Position numbers and translations under genes: made by a program
Notes under the pieces: generated by a model
The model's database searches: none
Seen by the model: the letters and a program-made list of their open reading frames with translations, nothing else
What the model was told of the DNA's origin: nothing
IMG/VR virus record: IMGVR_UViG_3300048886_001243
Coordinates: 1 to 29,905 of that record
Direction: 5' to 3' (one strand)
Source of the DNA: a virus
Lineage: Duplodnaviria; Caudoviricetes
Length of the DNA: 29,905 nucleotides
Part shown: piece after piece, positions 1 through 8,429 of the stretch
Layout of the letters: the number at the start of each line of letters is the position of its first letter
Position numbering within the stretch: the first letter of the stretch is position 1

Positions 1-1644
1 AACGCTACTTCGGAAGCAACGACCGGTTCTAATACCACAGGTACCGGGCTTCAAGTCAAGAATGACTTGCATTGGGAAGAGAGTTATGACACCGGTTCTG
101 GTAACGTTGGTCCTTGGATCGCGAAGTATCCTGGTGCTCTAGGAAACTCATTGAAGGTTTCTGTTTGCCCATCCTCAAATGCCTTTTCATCTACCCTGTC
201 TGGTAACGTAGCTGTCGCAGCTAGTGGTAATACCGTTACGGGCACTTTGACTGCCTTTACCGCTGAATTGAATCCTGGTGATATTCTGGTATTGAATGGT
301 GAACAAGTCAAGGTTTCATCTATTACAAACTCTACTTCTCTATCCATTCGCACCAATCACGTTGCTGGTGCCTCTGCCAACGCCTCTGTTGAGCGTCGTT
401 GGGAGTACTATAATTTCGTGAACGTTGCTCCTGGTACCGGTGATACCGCTACCCAGTTCAGTGGAACGAATGATGAAATCCACGTTGTGGTCGTTGACGA
501 AGACGGTGAGTTCACCGGCGTAGTTGATACCGTTCTGGAAGTATATGACGCCGTTTCTATGGCAACCGACGCTAAGTTGGAAGATGGTTCTACGAACTAT
601 TACAAGAACGTTATTGCTCAGAAGTCAAATTATATCCGTTGGATGGATCATCCTGCCAGTCTTTCTAGCTTGCTATCTGCCGATGCGGTTGCTACTGCCA
701 CTTTTGGTACAGACGGTAAGAACGAGACTCACAGCCTAGCAGCCGGCGCCCGTGGTGCCGCACCTACCGCTGGTAATCTCCAGACTGGTTATGATTTCTT
801 CAAGGATGCTGAGGACGTAGACGTTTCTTTCCTACTAGGCGCCTCTGTTACCTCTGCAACCGCTATCCACATGATCAACATGATTGCCGAGAGTCGTAAG
901 GACTGCATCGTATGTCTTTCACCAGAACGTGCCGACGTTGTTAATAACAGCGGTAGCGAACATACCGATTCTATTGCCTTCCGTGACACTTTGCCATCTT
1001 CCTCTTACGCTGTCCTAGACAGTGGTTGGAAGTACATGCTTGACAAATATAACGATGTTTTCCGTTTTGTTCCATTGAATGGCGATACCGCTGGTCTTAT
1101 GGTTCAGACTGATATCGCCCGTGATCCATGGTGGAGCCCTGCCGGTTACAATCGTGGTAACGTCAAGAGCGCTGTTAAGTTGGCATACAACCCAATCAAA
1201 GCAGAACGTGACTTGCTTTACAAGAACGGTGTTAACCCAGTGGTTCAATTCCCTGGTCAGGGTACAGTTCTATTCGGCGACAAAACGTTGCTGGCTAAGC
1301 CTTCAGCATTCGACCGAATTAACGTTCGCCGTCTGTTTATTGTCCTAGAAAAAGCGATTGCTACCGCTGCTAAGTTCACCCTTTTCGAATTCAACGATGA
1401 ATTTACTCGCTCCCAGTTCAAGAATATGGTCGAGCCATTCCTTCGTGATGTTCAGGGTCGACGCGGCATCATTGACTTCCGCGTTGTCTGTGACGAAACA
1501 AACAATACAGGTGAGGTTATTGACCGTAATGAGTTCATCGGGGACATATATATTAAGCCAAGTAGAAGTATCAACTTTATCCAACTGAATTTCGTAGCAG
1601 TTCGTACTGGAGTTGACTTCAGCGAAGTAGTTGGGCGCTTCTAG
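1..1644 (+). CDS. gp18: Tail sheath protein (T4 gp18-like), 5'-truncated by the window edge
   Basis: Frame is open from base 1 (NATSEATTGSNTTG...). Typical gp18 motifs are present: KYPGALGN, WWSPAGYNRG, LFGDKT, FDRINVRRLF, FEFNDEFTR, YIKPSRSINFIQLNFVA. Confidence 0.97.
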   Translation, partial: NATSEATTGSNTTGTGLQVKNDLHWEESYDTGSGNVGPWIAKYPGALGNSLKVSVCPSSNAFSSTLSGNVAVAASGNTVTGTLTAFTAELNPGDILVLNGEQVKVSSITNSTSLSIRTNHVAGASANASVERRWEYYNFVNVAPGTGDTATQFSGTNDEIHVVVVDEDGEFTGVVDTVLEVYDAVSMATDAKLEDGSTNYYKNVIAQKSNYIRWMDHPASLSSLLSADAVATATFGTDGKNETHSLAAGARGAAPTAGNLQTGYDFFKDAEDVDVSFLLGASVTSATAIHMINMIAESRKDCIVCLSPERADVVNNSGSEHTDSIAFRDTLPSSSYAVLDSGWKYMLDKYNDVFRFVPLNGDTAGLMVQTDIARDPWWSPAGYNRGNVKSAVKLAYNPIKAERDLLYKNGVNPVVQFPGQGTVLFGDKTLLAKPSAFDRINVRRLFIVLEKAIATAAKFTLFEFNDEFTRSQFKNMVEPFLRDVQGRRGIIDFRVVCDETNNTGEVIDRNEFIGDIYIKPSRSINFIQLNFVAVRTGVDFSEVVGRF

Positions 1645-1665
1645 CCAACTAGTTGATATTAAACA

Positions 1666-2445
1666 CTAAATTGCGGGTGGTACTTCATAGTGCCACCCGT
1701 TTCTATTTCCAGAACACCGATATTGCACAGTATATGTGGGGATGTTATGTTCTTTCGCGGCGTGTTGTATCGAATCAAACAGTTTCTCACCATCAAACAC
1801 TTTATATCTTCGACGGTTCATAGCTTTCTTATGGTTCTCTATGCCTATGTTCATGGTCATAGGGTTATCAGCTAAAGCCTGTTCTCTCAAAATCTGCCTA
1901 GTTTTATCAGAGACTGGGCGCCCTGTTGCTGCCAGTCCTATTTTCTTTCTCATTTCTGGTGAGTATATATTACCCCAGTTTGAATTCTTAGGTCCGCTCC
2001 TATCCCCAAAACAACCACCCCGTTCATAACCATCGGCTAAGTATGTTTCCACTAGACATTCAGCCACCATCATATGTTTACCGTCTTTTTTAACGGCTTT
2101 CAGTCCGAGTTTTCTATCGGTCATTTTCTGACGGACTTCGGCATCATAATAGATTGATCCTGCTATGTTCTTATTGAGCCATTTACTCTCATTGAGCACC
2201 TTCAATCGGCGGAGTACTTTTTGTTCCCAGACAAGCGCGGGTTTCGCGGTTTTGAATAACCGGCGGACTTCGATAACATCTGGAAGACCAGAATCGGCAA
2301 TGATAGCATGGACATATTTGGATGAAGTGAAGTAGGTAGTAAATAGGTCTTTCGGGTGGCAATCTTTTGCGTATCTTACTCCGTAGTACCATATATCTAG
2401 TTTACTCCAACCTATCAGATAAGTAAAGGGTATCTTTTTACTCAT
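1666..2445 (-). mobile_element. Free-standing homing endonuclease, GIY-YIG (Seg-like) type, with NUMOD3-like and HTH-like C-terminal DNA-binding modules
   Basis: N-terminus PFTYLIGW...WYYGVR...YFTSS...WEQKVL...WLNKN matches the degenerate GIY-YIG pattern. YSPEMRKKIG/VSDKTRQILRE resemble NUMOD3 and FDSIQHAAKEHNI resembles a NUMOD1/HTH module. The gene is antisense within a structural operon. Start placed at the ATG at 2445 (MSKKIPF) rather than 2544. Confidence 0.8.
1674..1708 (+). terminator. Probable intrinsic terminator for the gp18 transcript, overlapping the 3' end of the antisense endonuclease gene
   Basis: CGGGTGGTAC-TTCATA-GTGCCACCCG forms a 10-bp stem with one G-U pair, followed by TTTCTATTT, 30 nt after the gp18 stop. 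Confidence 0.65.
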
Positions 2446-2482
2446 TTTTATATTCCGTATTGTTCGTGCCGCCTTGATATAG

Positions 2483-2500
2483 TATATATAAGCATAAATA
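2483..2500. promoter_or_regulatory. Divergent late-promoter-like elements (palindromic TATATATA 2483-2490; CATAAATA 2493-2500 on +)
   Basis: Both are one-mismatch variants of the T4 late consensus TATAAATA, located between the divergent starts at 2445(-) and 2538(+). Confidence 0.5.
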
Positions 2501-2537
2501 ACTGGAGAAGAATAAAGGATATTAGAGGATAACCAGT

Positions 2538-2942
2538 ATGACATTTGAGAAAGACTTACGCGAAGCAGCTACATTGGATGACCTATTTGATCTAAACGAA
2601 GCGGCTATAAAAGTTGCACAAATCAGCAAAGAATTAGCTATGGATGTTCTGGCGATGGTCAAAGATTTGCCCTGGGATCACTATGTTTATTTGTCGCCAG
2701 CCCAGAAAGGTCGTCTGAAAGATCGCCATGGAAAACTTCCTCGTGGTATGCCAGGCGCAGATCGTCCTCGTGGTTTTCCAGTGACCCTTAGTACTTTCAT
2801 CAAAGCTGCTACGGGGTTGGACGTATATACCGATGGTGATGAATTGGTAAAGGGTGAAAAAACTATTGGTGATGCTGCAAAGATCAAGACGAATAGTGAT
2901 GTATATAAAATGGCTGGTCTAAAAATCACGGGTAATAAATAA
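2538..2942 (+). CDS. Hypothetical protein, possible gp21-processed internal head protein
   Basis: GAGG RBS. The N-terminus MTFEKDLREA...DLNEA carries L-x-E motifs like gp21 cleavage sites. Lies in the late region. Confidence 0.7.
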   Translation: MTFEKDLREAATLDDLFDLNEAAIKVAQISKELAMDVLAMVKDLPWDHYVYLSPAQKGRLKDRHGKLPRGMPGADRPRGFPVTLSTFIKAATGLDVYTDGDELVKGEKTIGDAAKIKTNSDVYKMAGLKITGNK

Positions 2943-2965
2943 GTAACTAAAGAGGAAAATAACAA

Positions 2966-3514
2966 ATGGCTTTTAACATTGAACAATTCAAAGGTGCAAT
3001 GAAACTTGGCGGCGCTCGTAATTCGTTGTTCTCTGTAACGATTTCCAATCCGGTAAATACTTTTGCAGATATTCAAGTGCCTTTCATGGTAAAAACTTCA
3101 CAGATTCCAGCATCAACGTTGGGTGTCATTCCTATTCAGTATTTCGGCCGTGAAGTGAAGATTCCTGGTAACCGAACGTATGCTGAATGGACGGTAACGG
3201 TTCTAAATGATGAGGACTTTGCGGTGCGTAATGCCCTAGAGCATTGGTCACATTCTATCAATTCGCCTTCAAGCAATTTGCGTGGATTAGGATCAGCTAG
3301 CCCATCACTTTACAAATCATCCGCACAAGTAACCCAGTTCTCAAAGACTGGTATTCCTTTGCGTATCTATGACTTTGCAGGCATCTGGCCTTCTGAAGTT
3401 AGCACGATTGACCTAGATTGGTCTACTGAGGGTATTGAAGAGTATACGGTGAACTTCACTTATGATTACTGGACAATATCTGGTGGCCAAACGGGTAATG
3501 CAGGGTCAAGCTAA
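2966..3514 (+). CDS. gp19: Tail tube protein (gp19)
   Basis: GGARNSLF, IPASTLG, YFGREVKIPGNRTYAEWTVTVLNDEDF, WPSEVSTIDLDW and YDYW motifs. GAGG RBS and AATAAATA at 2934-2941 upstream. Confidence 0.96.
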   Translation: MAFNIEQFKGAMKLGGARNSLFSVTISNPVNTFADIQVPFMVKTSQIPASTLGVIPIQYFGREVKIPGNRTYAEWTVTVLNDEDFAVRNALEHWSHSINSPSSNLRGLGSASPSLYKSSAQVTQFSKTGIPLRIYDFAGIWPSEVSTIDLDWSTEGIEEYTVNFTYDYWTISGGQTGNAGSS

Positions 3515-3548
3515 ACTCGTAAATCCTACAAGAACCATATAGAGTATT

Positions 3549-3584
3549 AGGGGCGCACTATATATATATGGTGTGCCCCTTTTT
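3549..3584 (+). terminator. Near-perfect 32-bp palindrome/terminator with a TATATATA core, between gp19 and gp20
   Basis: AGGGGCGCACTATATA|TATATGGTGTGCCCCT (two G-U pairs) followed by a T run. Confidence 0.7.
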
Positions 3585-3598
3585 GATAGAGGAAGAAT

Positions 3599-5332
3599 AT
3601 GGTAGGTTTCAATCTATTCGGTTACCGAATTGGTAAAGACGAACAAGAAAAAGCGAAGGAAGAAGCTAAGATTCCTTCTTTTGCGCCGCCGGCGCAGGAT
3701 GATGGTTCTGTTACGGTTGCTGCTGGAGGTGCATTTGGCACCTTCATTGATATGGATGGTAGTGCCAAAAATGAAGCAGCCCTTATCACGAAATATCGTT
3801 CTCTAGGATTACAAGCTGAATCTGAGATCGCCATTGATGATATTGTCAATGAGGCGATTATTCGTGATGAACGGAAGCCTCCAGTTCGTCTTATTCTGGA
3901 CGATCTAGAGTTTTCGGCTGGTGTCAAAAAGAAAGTCGAAGCCGAGTTTAAGCAGATTTTGAAGTTAATGGATTTCAACACTCAAGCTTATGATATTTTC
4001 AAGAAATGGTATGTAGACGGCAGAATTTACTACCATAAGATGATCGATATTGATAACCCTTCTGAAGGTATCCAAGAATTACGCTATATTGATCCGCGAA
4101 AGATTCGCAAAATTCGTCAGGAAGTCAAGAACAAACAGGGCATCCCTGGCGGGCAGGTTGAGGTTAATCGAAATATTAATGAATTCTTTCTCTATAATCC
4201 ACGTGGGCTTACGAGTACCCATGAAGGATTGAAGATTGCCAAAGATTCTATCGCTTATGTTCATTCTGGCATCTTAGATGAAAAGAGCCATATGATCCAT
4301 TCGTATGTTCATAAAGCATTGAAGCCTATGAACCAGCTGCGGATGCTAGAAGACGCCCAGGTCATTTATCGTATTGCCCGAGCGCCTGAACGACGCATTT
4401 TCTATATCGATGTTGGTAACTTGCCTAAGATGAAGGCAGAACAGTACCTCCGTGATATGATGGTCAAGCACAAAAATAAGCTGGTGTATGACGCGAACGA
4501 CGGAACTATCCGTGATGACCGCAAACATATGACCATGTTGGAAGATTTCTGGCTACCGCGAAGAGAAGGTGGTAAAGGTACAGAGATTACCACATTGCCT
4601 GGTGGTCAAAATCTAGGTGAAATGGACGATATCGAGTATTTCAAACGCAAGCTTTATAAGGCTTTGCACGTTCCTATTTCTAGATTAGAGAATGATTCAT
4701 CATTCAATCTCGGTAGAGCCTCAGAGATTTCTAGGGACGAATTGAAATTTACCAAGTTTATTGTTCGGCTTCGCAATCGCTTCACCATGCTCTTTGATGA
4801 TGTTCTAAAGACTCAATTGCTCCTAAAAGGCATCATTGCCGAAGAGGATTGGATTGATATCAAAGACCAAACCTACTACGATTTCCAAGAGGATAATCAC
4901 TTCACCGAGTTGAAGAACCAAGAAGTATTGCGCGAACGATTCAGCATATTGAACGATGCTGACCAGTTTGTTGGGCGTTATTACCCACTAGAATGGATCA
5001 AGAAAAACATCCTTCAACAGACCGAGGAAGAAATCAAAGTCATGGCTGCTATGATGAAAAAGGATGAGGCTGAAGGTGATGATGAGGGCGATGATAACTT
5101 CGGTGCCTTTGTCGGGCGCGCCGATGTTCCTGTCGAGCCTGTGCCTGATGAAGCGTCGATGGATCAACCTCGACCAGGTGTGAAATCTGGACCAAAAAAG
5201 GATACTTCGCCAAAGAAACCTAGCATAGCCGCAGATGGAAATTCATCACCTGCTAAGAAAAAGGTGGCTGGCGAGGAACAAGCATTTGCGAATACCCAAG
5301 ATGCATTATTGATTACAGATGAATTGATATAG
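3599..5332 (+). CDS. gp20: Portal vertex protein (gp20)
   Basis: WYVDGRIYYH, LRYIDPRKI, NQLRMLEDA, YRIARAPERRIFYIDVGNLPK, EDFWLPRREGGKGTEITTLPGG and RDELKF motifs. Confidence 0.98.
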   Translation: MVGFNLFGYRIGKDEQEKAKEEAKIPSFAPPAQDDGSVTVAAGGAFGTFIDMDGSAKNEAALITKYRSLGLQAESEIAIDDIVNEAIIRDERKPPVRLILDDLEFSAGVKKKVEAEFKQILKLMDFNTQAYDIFKKWYVDGRIYYHKMIDIDNPSEGIQELRYIDPRKIRKIRQEVKNKQGIPGGQVEVNRNINEFFLYNPRGLTSTHEGLKIAKDSIAYVHSGILDEKSHMIHSYVHKALKPMNQLRMLEDAQVIYRIARAPERRIFYIDVGNLPKMKAEQYLRDMMVKHKNKLVYDANDGTIRDDRKHMTMLEDFWLPRREGGKGTEITTLPGGQNLGEMDDIEYFKRKLYKALHVPISRLENDSSFNLGRASEISRDELKFTKFIVRLRNRFTMLFDDVLKTQLLLKGIIAEEDWIDIKDQTYYDFQEDNHFTELKNQEVLRERFSILNDADQFVGRYYPLEWIKKNILQQTEEEIKVMAAMMKKDEAEGDDEGDDNFGAFVGRADVPVEPVPDEASMDQPRPGVKSGPKKDTSPKKPSIAADGNSSPAKKKVAGEEQAFANTQDALLITDELI

Positions 5333-5343
5333 ACACGAAGTCT

Positions 5344-5351
5344 TATAAATA
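5344..5351 (+). promoter_or_regulatory. T4-type late promoter TATAAATA
   Basis: Exact gp55 consensus, intergenic, upstream of the gp67-like gene. Confidence 0.85.
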
Positions 5352-5378
5352 CATTGAGAAACACAAAAGGATATTGAT

Positions 5379-5588
5379 ATGAGTGAAGTAACCGCATTGG
5401 ATATAGTTAAGTCTGCTGCCGCAGGTAAGGGCTCGAAAGTAGAAGGCGGCGTAGAATCACTATTGATGGCGAAAGTATCAGACGCATTAGCAGTTAAACG
5501 TACTGATATTGCTCGACATTATATGGATGAACCTTCAGAAGATGATGCCGAAGAATTTGCCGACCATAGTGAAGATGATACCGATTAG
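5379..5588 (+). CDS. gp67: Small prohead core protein (gp67-like)
   Basis: 69-aa protein with an acidic C-terminus immediately after gp20, with a late promoter and AAGGA RBS. Assignment rests mainly on synteny. Confidence 0.65.
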   Translation: MSEVTALDIVKSAAAGKGSKVEGGVESLLMAKVSDALAVKRTDIARHYMDEPSEDDAEEFADHSEDDTD

Positions 5589-5630
5589 TACCAGAACCGC
5601 AGCCGAAAAAAAAGAAACTTGGAGATAAAA

Positions 5631-6125
5631 ATGAAGAATTTCAGAGGGATTCGTACCGAACTCACCGAGCGAAAGTCTAAGGCTGACGGTAACTTAGGTG
5701 ATCCTAAGAATGAATCGCCATCCAATCGTAAGGGTGAAAAGAAGGTTGCCAAGAAGCATGTCGGTGATTTGACTGATTATCCGATCAAGAACGAGAAACT
5801 ATTCTCTGGTTCTACTACGCCATCTGGCGGAAAAGCTGGTGGTAAGGGTAAGAAATTGGTGCCTGAGGAGGTTAAATCAGAGGACGAAGAAGACCTTCAA
5901 GAGGACGTATATGATACCCTGGAGAAGATCGTCAAAGAGAAACAAATGCAAAAGGTCAAATTTGCCAATAAGAAATCCATGACCGTCGACGGAACAACCG
6001 CTAATCTTTTGATCAAGGTCGTAAAAGCATTGAAACCTGCTAATGCCGAGAAGTTCAAAAAGAACCTAAATCAAGGGCCGAACAGTTTCATGAAAATGGT
6101 CGACTTTGCTTTCGGTCAGGTATAA
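5631..6125 (+). CDS. Putative prohead core/internal head protein (gp68 position)
   Basis: GGAG RBS before the ATG at 5631 (MKNFRGIRTELTE). Contains L-x-E sites (LTE, LQE), a Lys-rich disordered region and a folded C-terminal part. Lies between gp67 and gp21. Confidence 0.7.
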   Translation: MKNFRGIRTELTERKSKADGNLGDPKNESPSNRKGEKKVAKKHVGDLTDYPIKNEKLFSGSTTPSGGKAGGKGKKLVPEEVKSEDEEDLQEDVYDTLEKIVKEKQMQKVKFANKKSMTVDGTTANLLIKVVKALKPANAEKFKKNLNQGPNSFMKMVDFAFGQV

Positions 6126-6138
6126 AGGATAACATAAT

Positions 6139-6501
6139 ATGCCAATTCATAATTCAGGTACCAAAGGCGCCTTTTTGATTGCCTCAGCGACCGCGAACCT
6201 TACAGCCAATACAGCACAGGCTAATGTTGTCGGAGAAACTGTTGATTCAATGGTTATCTCACAGCTGGCATGGTCTGTTGATAGTTCCAACAAATGGACA
6301 TTAGTCAGAGGATCTAACACAACGAATGGTAATACCATTGCAGTTCTTCACGGTTCCGGTGATGTTGATTTTCAGACTCTCGGTCTCAAATTAGAGACCG
6401 CAGAGGAAGCCGCTGATATGTATTTTCGTGCCAATACTGGTGGTACAGGATTTATCTCTGTCCGCCTAAAGAAGACTTCCACATTTGTAGACGTATACTA
6501 G
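6139..6501 (+). CDS. Hypothetical virion protein (beta-strand rich)
   Basis: AAGGA RBS, Ala/Thr/Gly/Asn-rich composition, position inside the head module. Confidence 0.7.
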   Translation: MPIHNSGTKGAFLIASATANLTANTAQANVVGETVDSMVISQLAWSVDSSNKWTLVRGSNTTNGNTIAVLHGSGDVDFQTLGLKLETAEEAADMYFRANTGGTGFISVRLKKTSTFVDVY

Positions 6502-6509
6502 GACAAGCT

Positions 6510-7160
6510 ATGAAATTTATTAGAGAGACTTTCGAGGATATTCAAGTTCTTACCGAATTGGATGAAGCGACCGGTGAAAAGAGTTTTTTCATCGAGGGTA
6601 TTTTCATGCAATCAGACGTAAAGAACCGTAACGGCCGAGTGTATCCAAGAGAAACACTCCAGATGGAAACCAAACGATATATTAAAGAGCATGTTGAAAA
6701 GAATCGTGCCTATGGTGAACTAGGTCATCCAGATGGACCTATAATTAACCTAGATCGCACTTCCCATATGATCAAAAGTATCAAGGAAGATGGAAATAAC
6801 TTCATTGGTAAGGCAAAGATCCTTGATACCCCGAATGGTAACATCGTCAAAGCATTGATGAAAGAGGGAGCATCCCTTGGAGTTTCATCCCGTGGCGTTG
6901 GTTCTCTTCGCCCAATCAAGGGTGTTCAAGAAGTACAGAAAGATTTCCGTTTAGCAACCCCTGCGGATATTGTGGCTGATCCGTCAGCACCTGATGCCTT
7001 TGTAAACGGTATCATGGAAGGGAAAGAATGGATATTTATTGATGGTCGTTATATGGAACAAGATATAGACCAGGCAGTTCAAGTAATCGAGAGTGTTAGT
7101 AGAGAAGATCGTGAAGCGGCAAAGATTACCGTCTTTGAGAACTTCCTATCAAAACTCTAG
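6510..7160 (+). CDS. gp21: Prohead protease (gp21)
   Basis: IEGIFMQ, NRNGRVYP, GELGHP, GVSSRGVGS, DIVADPSAPDAFVNGIME motifs. Confidence 0.97.
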   Translation: MKFIRETFEDIQVLTELDEATGEKSFFIEGIFMQSDVKNRNGRVYPRETLQMETKRYIKEHVEKNRAYGELGHPDGPIINLDRTSHMIKSIKEDGNNFIGKAKILDTPNGNIVKALMKEGASLGVSSRGVGSLRPIKGVQEVQKDFRLATPADIVADPSAPDAFVNGIMEGKEWIFIDGRYMEQDIDQAVQVIESVSREDREAAKITVFENFLSKL

Positions 7161-7164
7161 AAAT

Positions 7165-7172
7165 TATAAATA
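7165..7172 (+). promoter_or_regulatory. T4-type late promoter TATAAATA
   Basis: Exact consensus upstream of gp22. Confidence 0.85.
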
Positions 7173-7215
7173 GTTCGAATGAAGAATAAAACTGGATTTT
7201 ACGAGGAGACTACAA

Positions 7216-8376
7216 ATGCACGTTGAAGATCAAGACCTAGAGGGTTTGAGCGACGAATTCCTTGATGAGGAAGATATCCAGGATGACGATGAGGAAGACC
7301 TAGAGGAATTAAAGGCTGATCATTCTGGCGGCGGTCCCGTAAAGGGCGCTGAAGTAGCAGAGCCAGTAAGTAAAAATGCTGCTGATCCTAAGGGTAGTGC
7401 CAAGGGTACTGCCGGTGCAGAATCAAAAAGTTCTGGTGGTAACAAAGATGGCAAGAAAGCTACTATGCCTAAGACAAAAGCTGGCATGATTAATGCCGCT
7501 CTTGATCTTATGAAGGGTAAGAAAAAGGCTGAACTTGAATCTATGTTCGATGGTATTGTTGACGCTTTGGCTGAGAAGGATGAAACCGACGATGGCGAAG
7601 AGTCAGTTGAGGAAGCTAAGACTCCTATCGAAGCAAAGGTTACCAAGGAAGATATCGATTTAGAAGCTGATGTTACCGCATTGTTTGAAGGTGAAGAACT
7701 TTCCGACGAATTCAAAGCAAAAGCTACTATGATTTTTGAAGCCGCAGTTGTTTCGAAAATCAACGAAAAGCTTGCCGAAGTTACCGCAGAAACCGACATT
7801 GAACTTGATTTCTCAAAGGAGTCTATTCTTAAAGAAGTCGCCGAAAAAGTTGACGGATATCTAGAATATGTAGTCGAGCAATGGATGACTGATAACGAGC
7901 TAGCCGTCGAAGCAGGTATCCGCAACGAGCTAACCGAAGACTTTATCCGCGGTTTGAAATCACTATTCGAAGACCATTACATCGAAGTTCCTGAGGATCG
8001 TGTTGACGTTCTGGAAGAACTTGGTAACCGTAATGGCGAGCTAGAAGAAAAGCTTAATAAGGCTATTGAGGACACGATTGCACTCCGCAGCCAGTTGTCA
8101 GAGTCAAAAGCCGAAGAAATTCTAGCCGACGTAACTGACGGTCTAGCAGACACCCAGGTAGAGAAGGTACGTTCCTTGTCTGAAGGCGTGACTTTCGAGG
8201 GTGAAGATGATTACCGCGAAAAACTGGATACCATCGTTGAAAACTACTTCCCATCTAATGAGAAGGTAGCCCAGGAAGACGATGTTGACACTGATCTTGA
8301 TGGTGAAGAAGAAAAAGTACTTCCTTCTAATATGCAAGGTTACATGAATGCTATCTCCAGAACTACTGTAAAATAG
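7216..8376 (+). CDS. gp22: Prohead core scaffolding protein (gp22)
   Basis: Acidic coiled-coil with LSDEFKAKATMIFEAAV, VDGYLEYVVEQWM and LKSLFEDHYI motifs, located between gp21 and gp23. Confidence 0.95.
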   Translation: MHVEDQDLEGLSDEFLDEEDIQDDDEEDLEELKADHSGGGPVKGAEVAEPVSKNAADPKGSAKGTAGAESKSSGGNKDGKKATMPKTKAGMINAALDLMKGKKKAELESMFDGIVDALAEKDETDDGEESVEEAKTPIEAKVTKEDIDLEADVTALFEGEELSDEFKAKATMIFEAAVVSKINEKLAEVTAETDIELDFSKESILKEVAEKVDGYLEYVVEQWMTDNELAVEAGIRNELTEDFIRGLKSLFEDHYIEVPEDRVDVLEELGNRNGELEEKLNKAIEDTIALRSQLSESKAEEILADVTDGLADTQVEKVRSLSEGVTFEGEDDYREKLDTIVENYFPSNEKVAQEDDVDTDLDGEEEKVLPSNMQGYMNAISRTTVK

Positions 8377-8382
8377 CAATCT

Positions 8383-8390
8383 TATAAATA
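8383..8390 (+). promoter_or_regulatory. T4-type late promoter TATAAATA
   Basis: Exact consensus upstream of gp23. Confidence 0.88.
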
Positions 8391-8429
8391 AAAGAGAATA
8401 AAAAGAAAACCTAAGGGAGAATAAAAACC

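Noticed and set aside
1666-2445. Group I intron hosting the endonuclease
   Set aside because: gp18 ends intact before it and gp19 is intact; the gene is intergenic and antisense, so it is free-standing.
5065-5332. Long acidic and Pro/Lys-rich C-terminal tail of the portal
   Set aside because: Variable disordered tails are common in gp20 of T4-like phages, and no specific motif was seen.
5379-6125. gp67 and the next ORF are in frame, separated by a single TAG, suggesting readthrough or amber recoding
   Set aside because: TAG ends gp18 and gp21 at their conserved C-termini, and the downstream ORF has its own GGAG/ATG. Standard code fits and the shared frame can be chance.
7320-7925. 201-aa Ser-rich antisense ORF
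   Set aside because: Mirror of GAA/GAT-rich codons in gp22.
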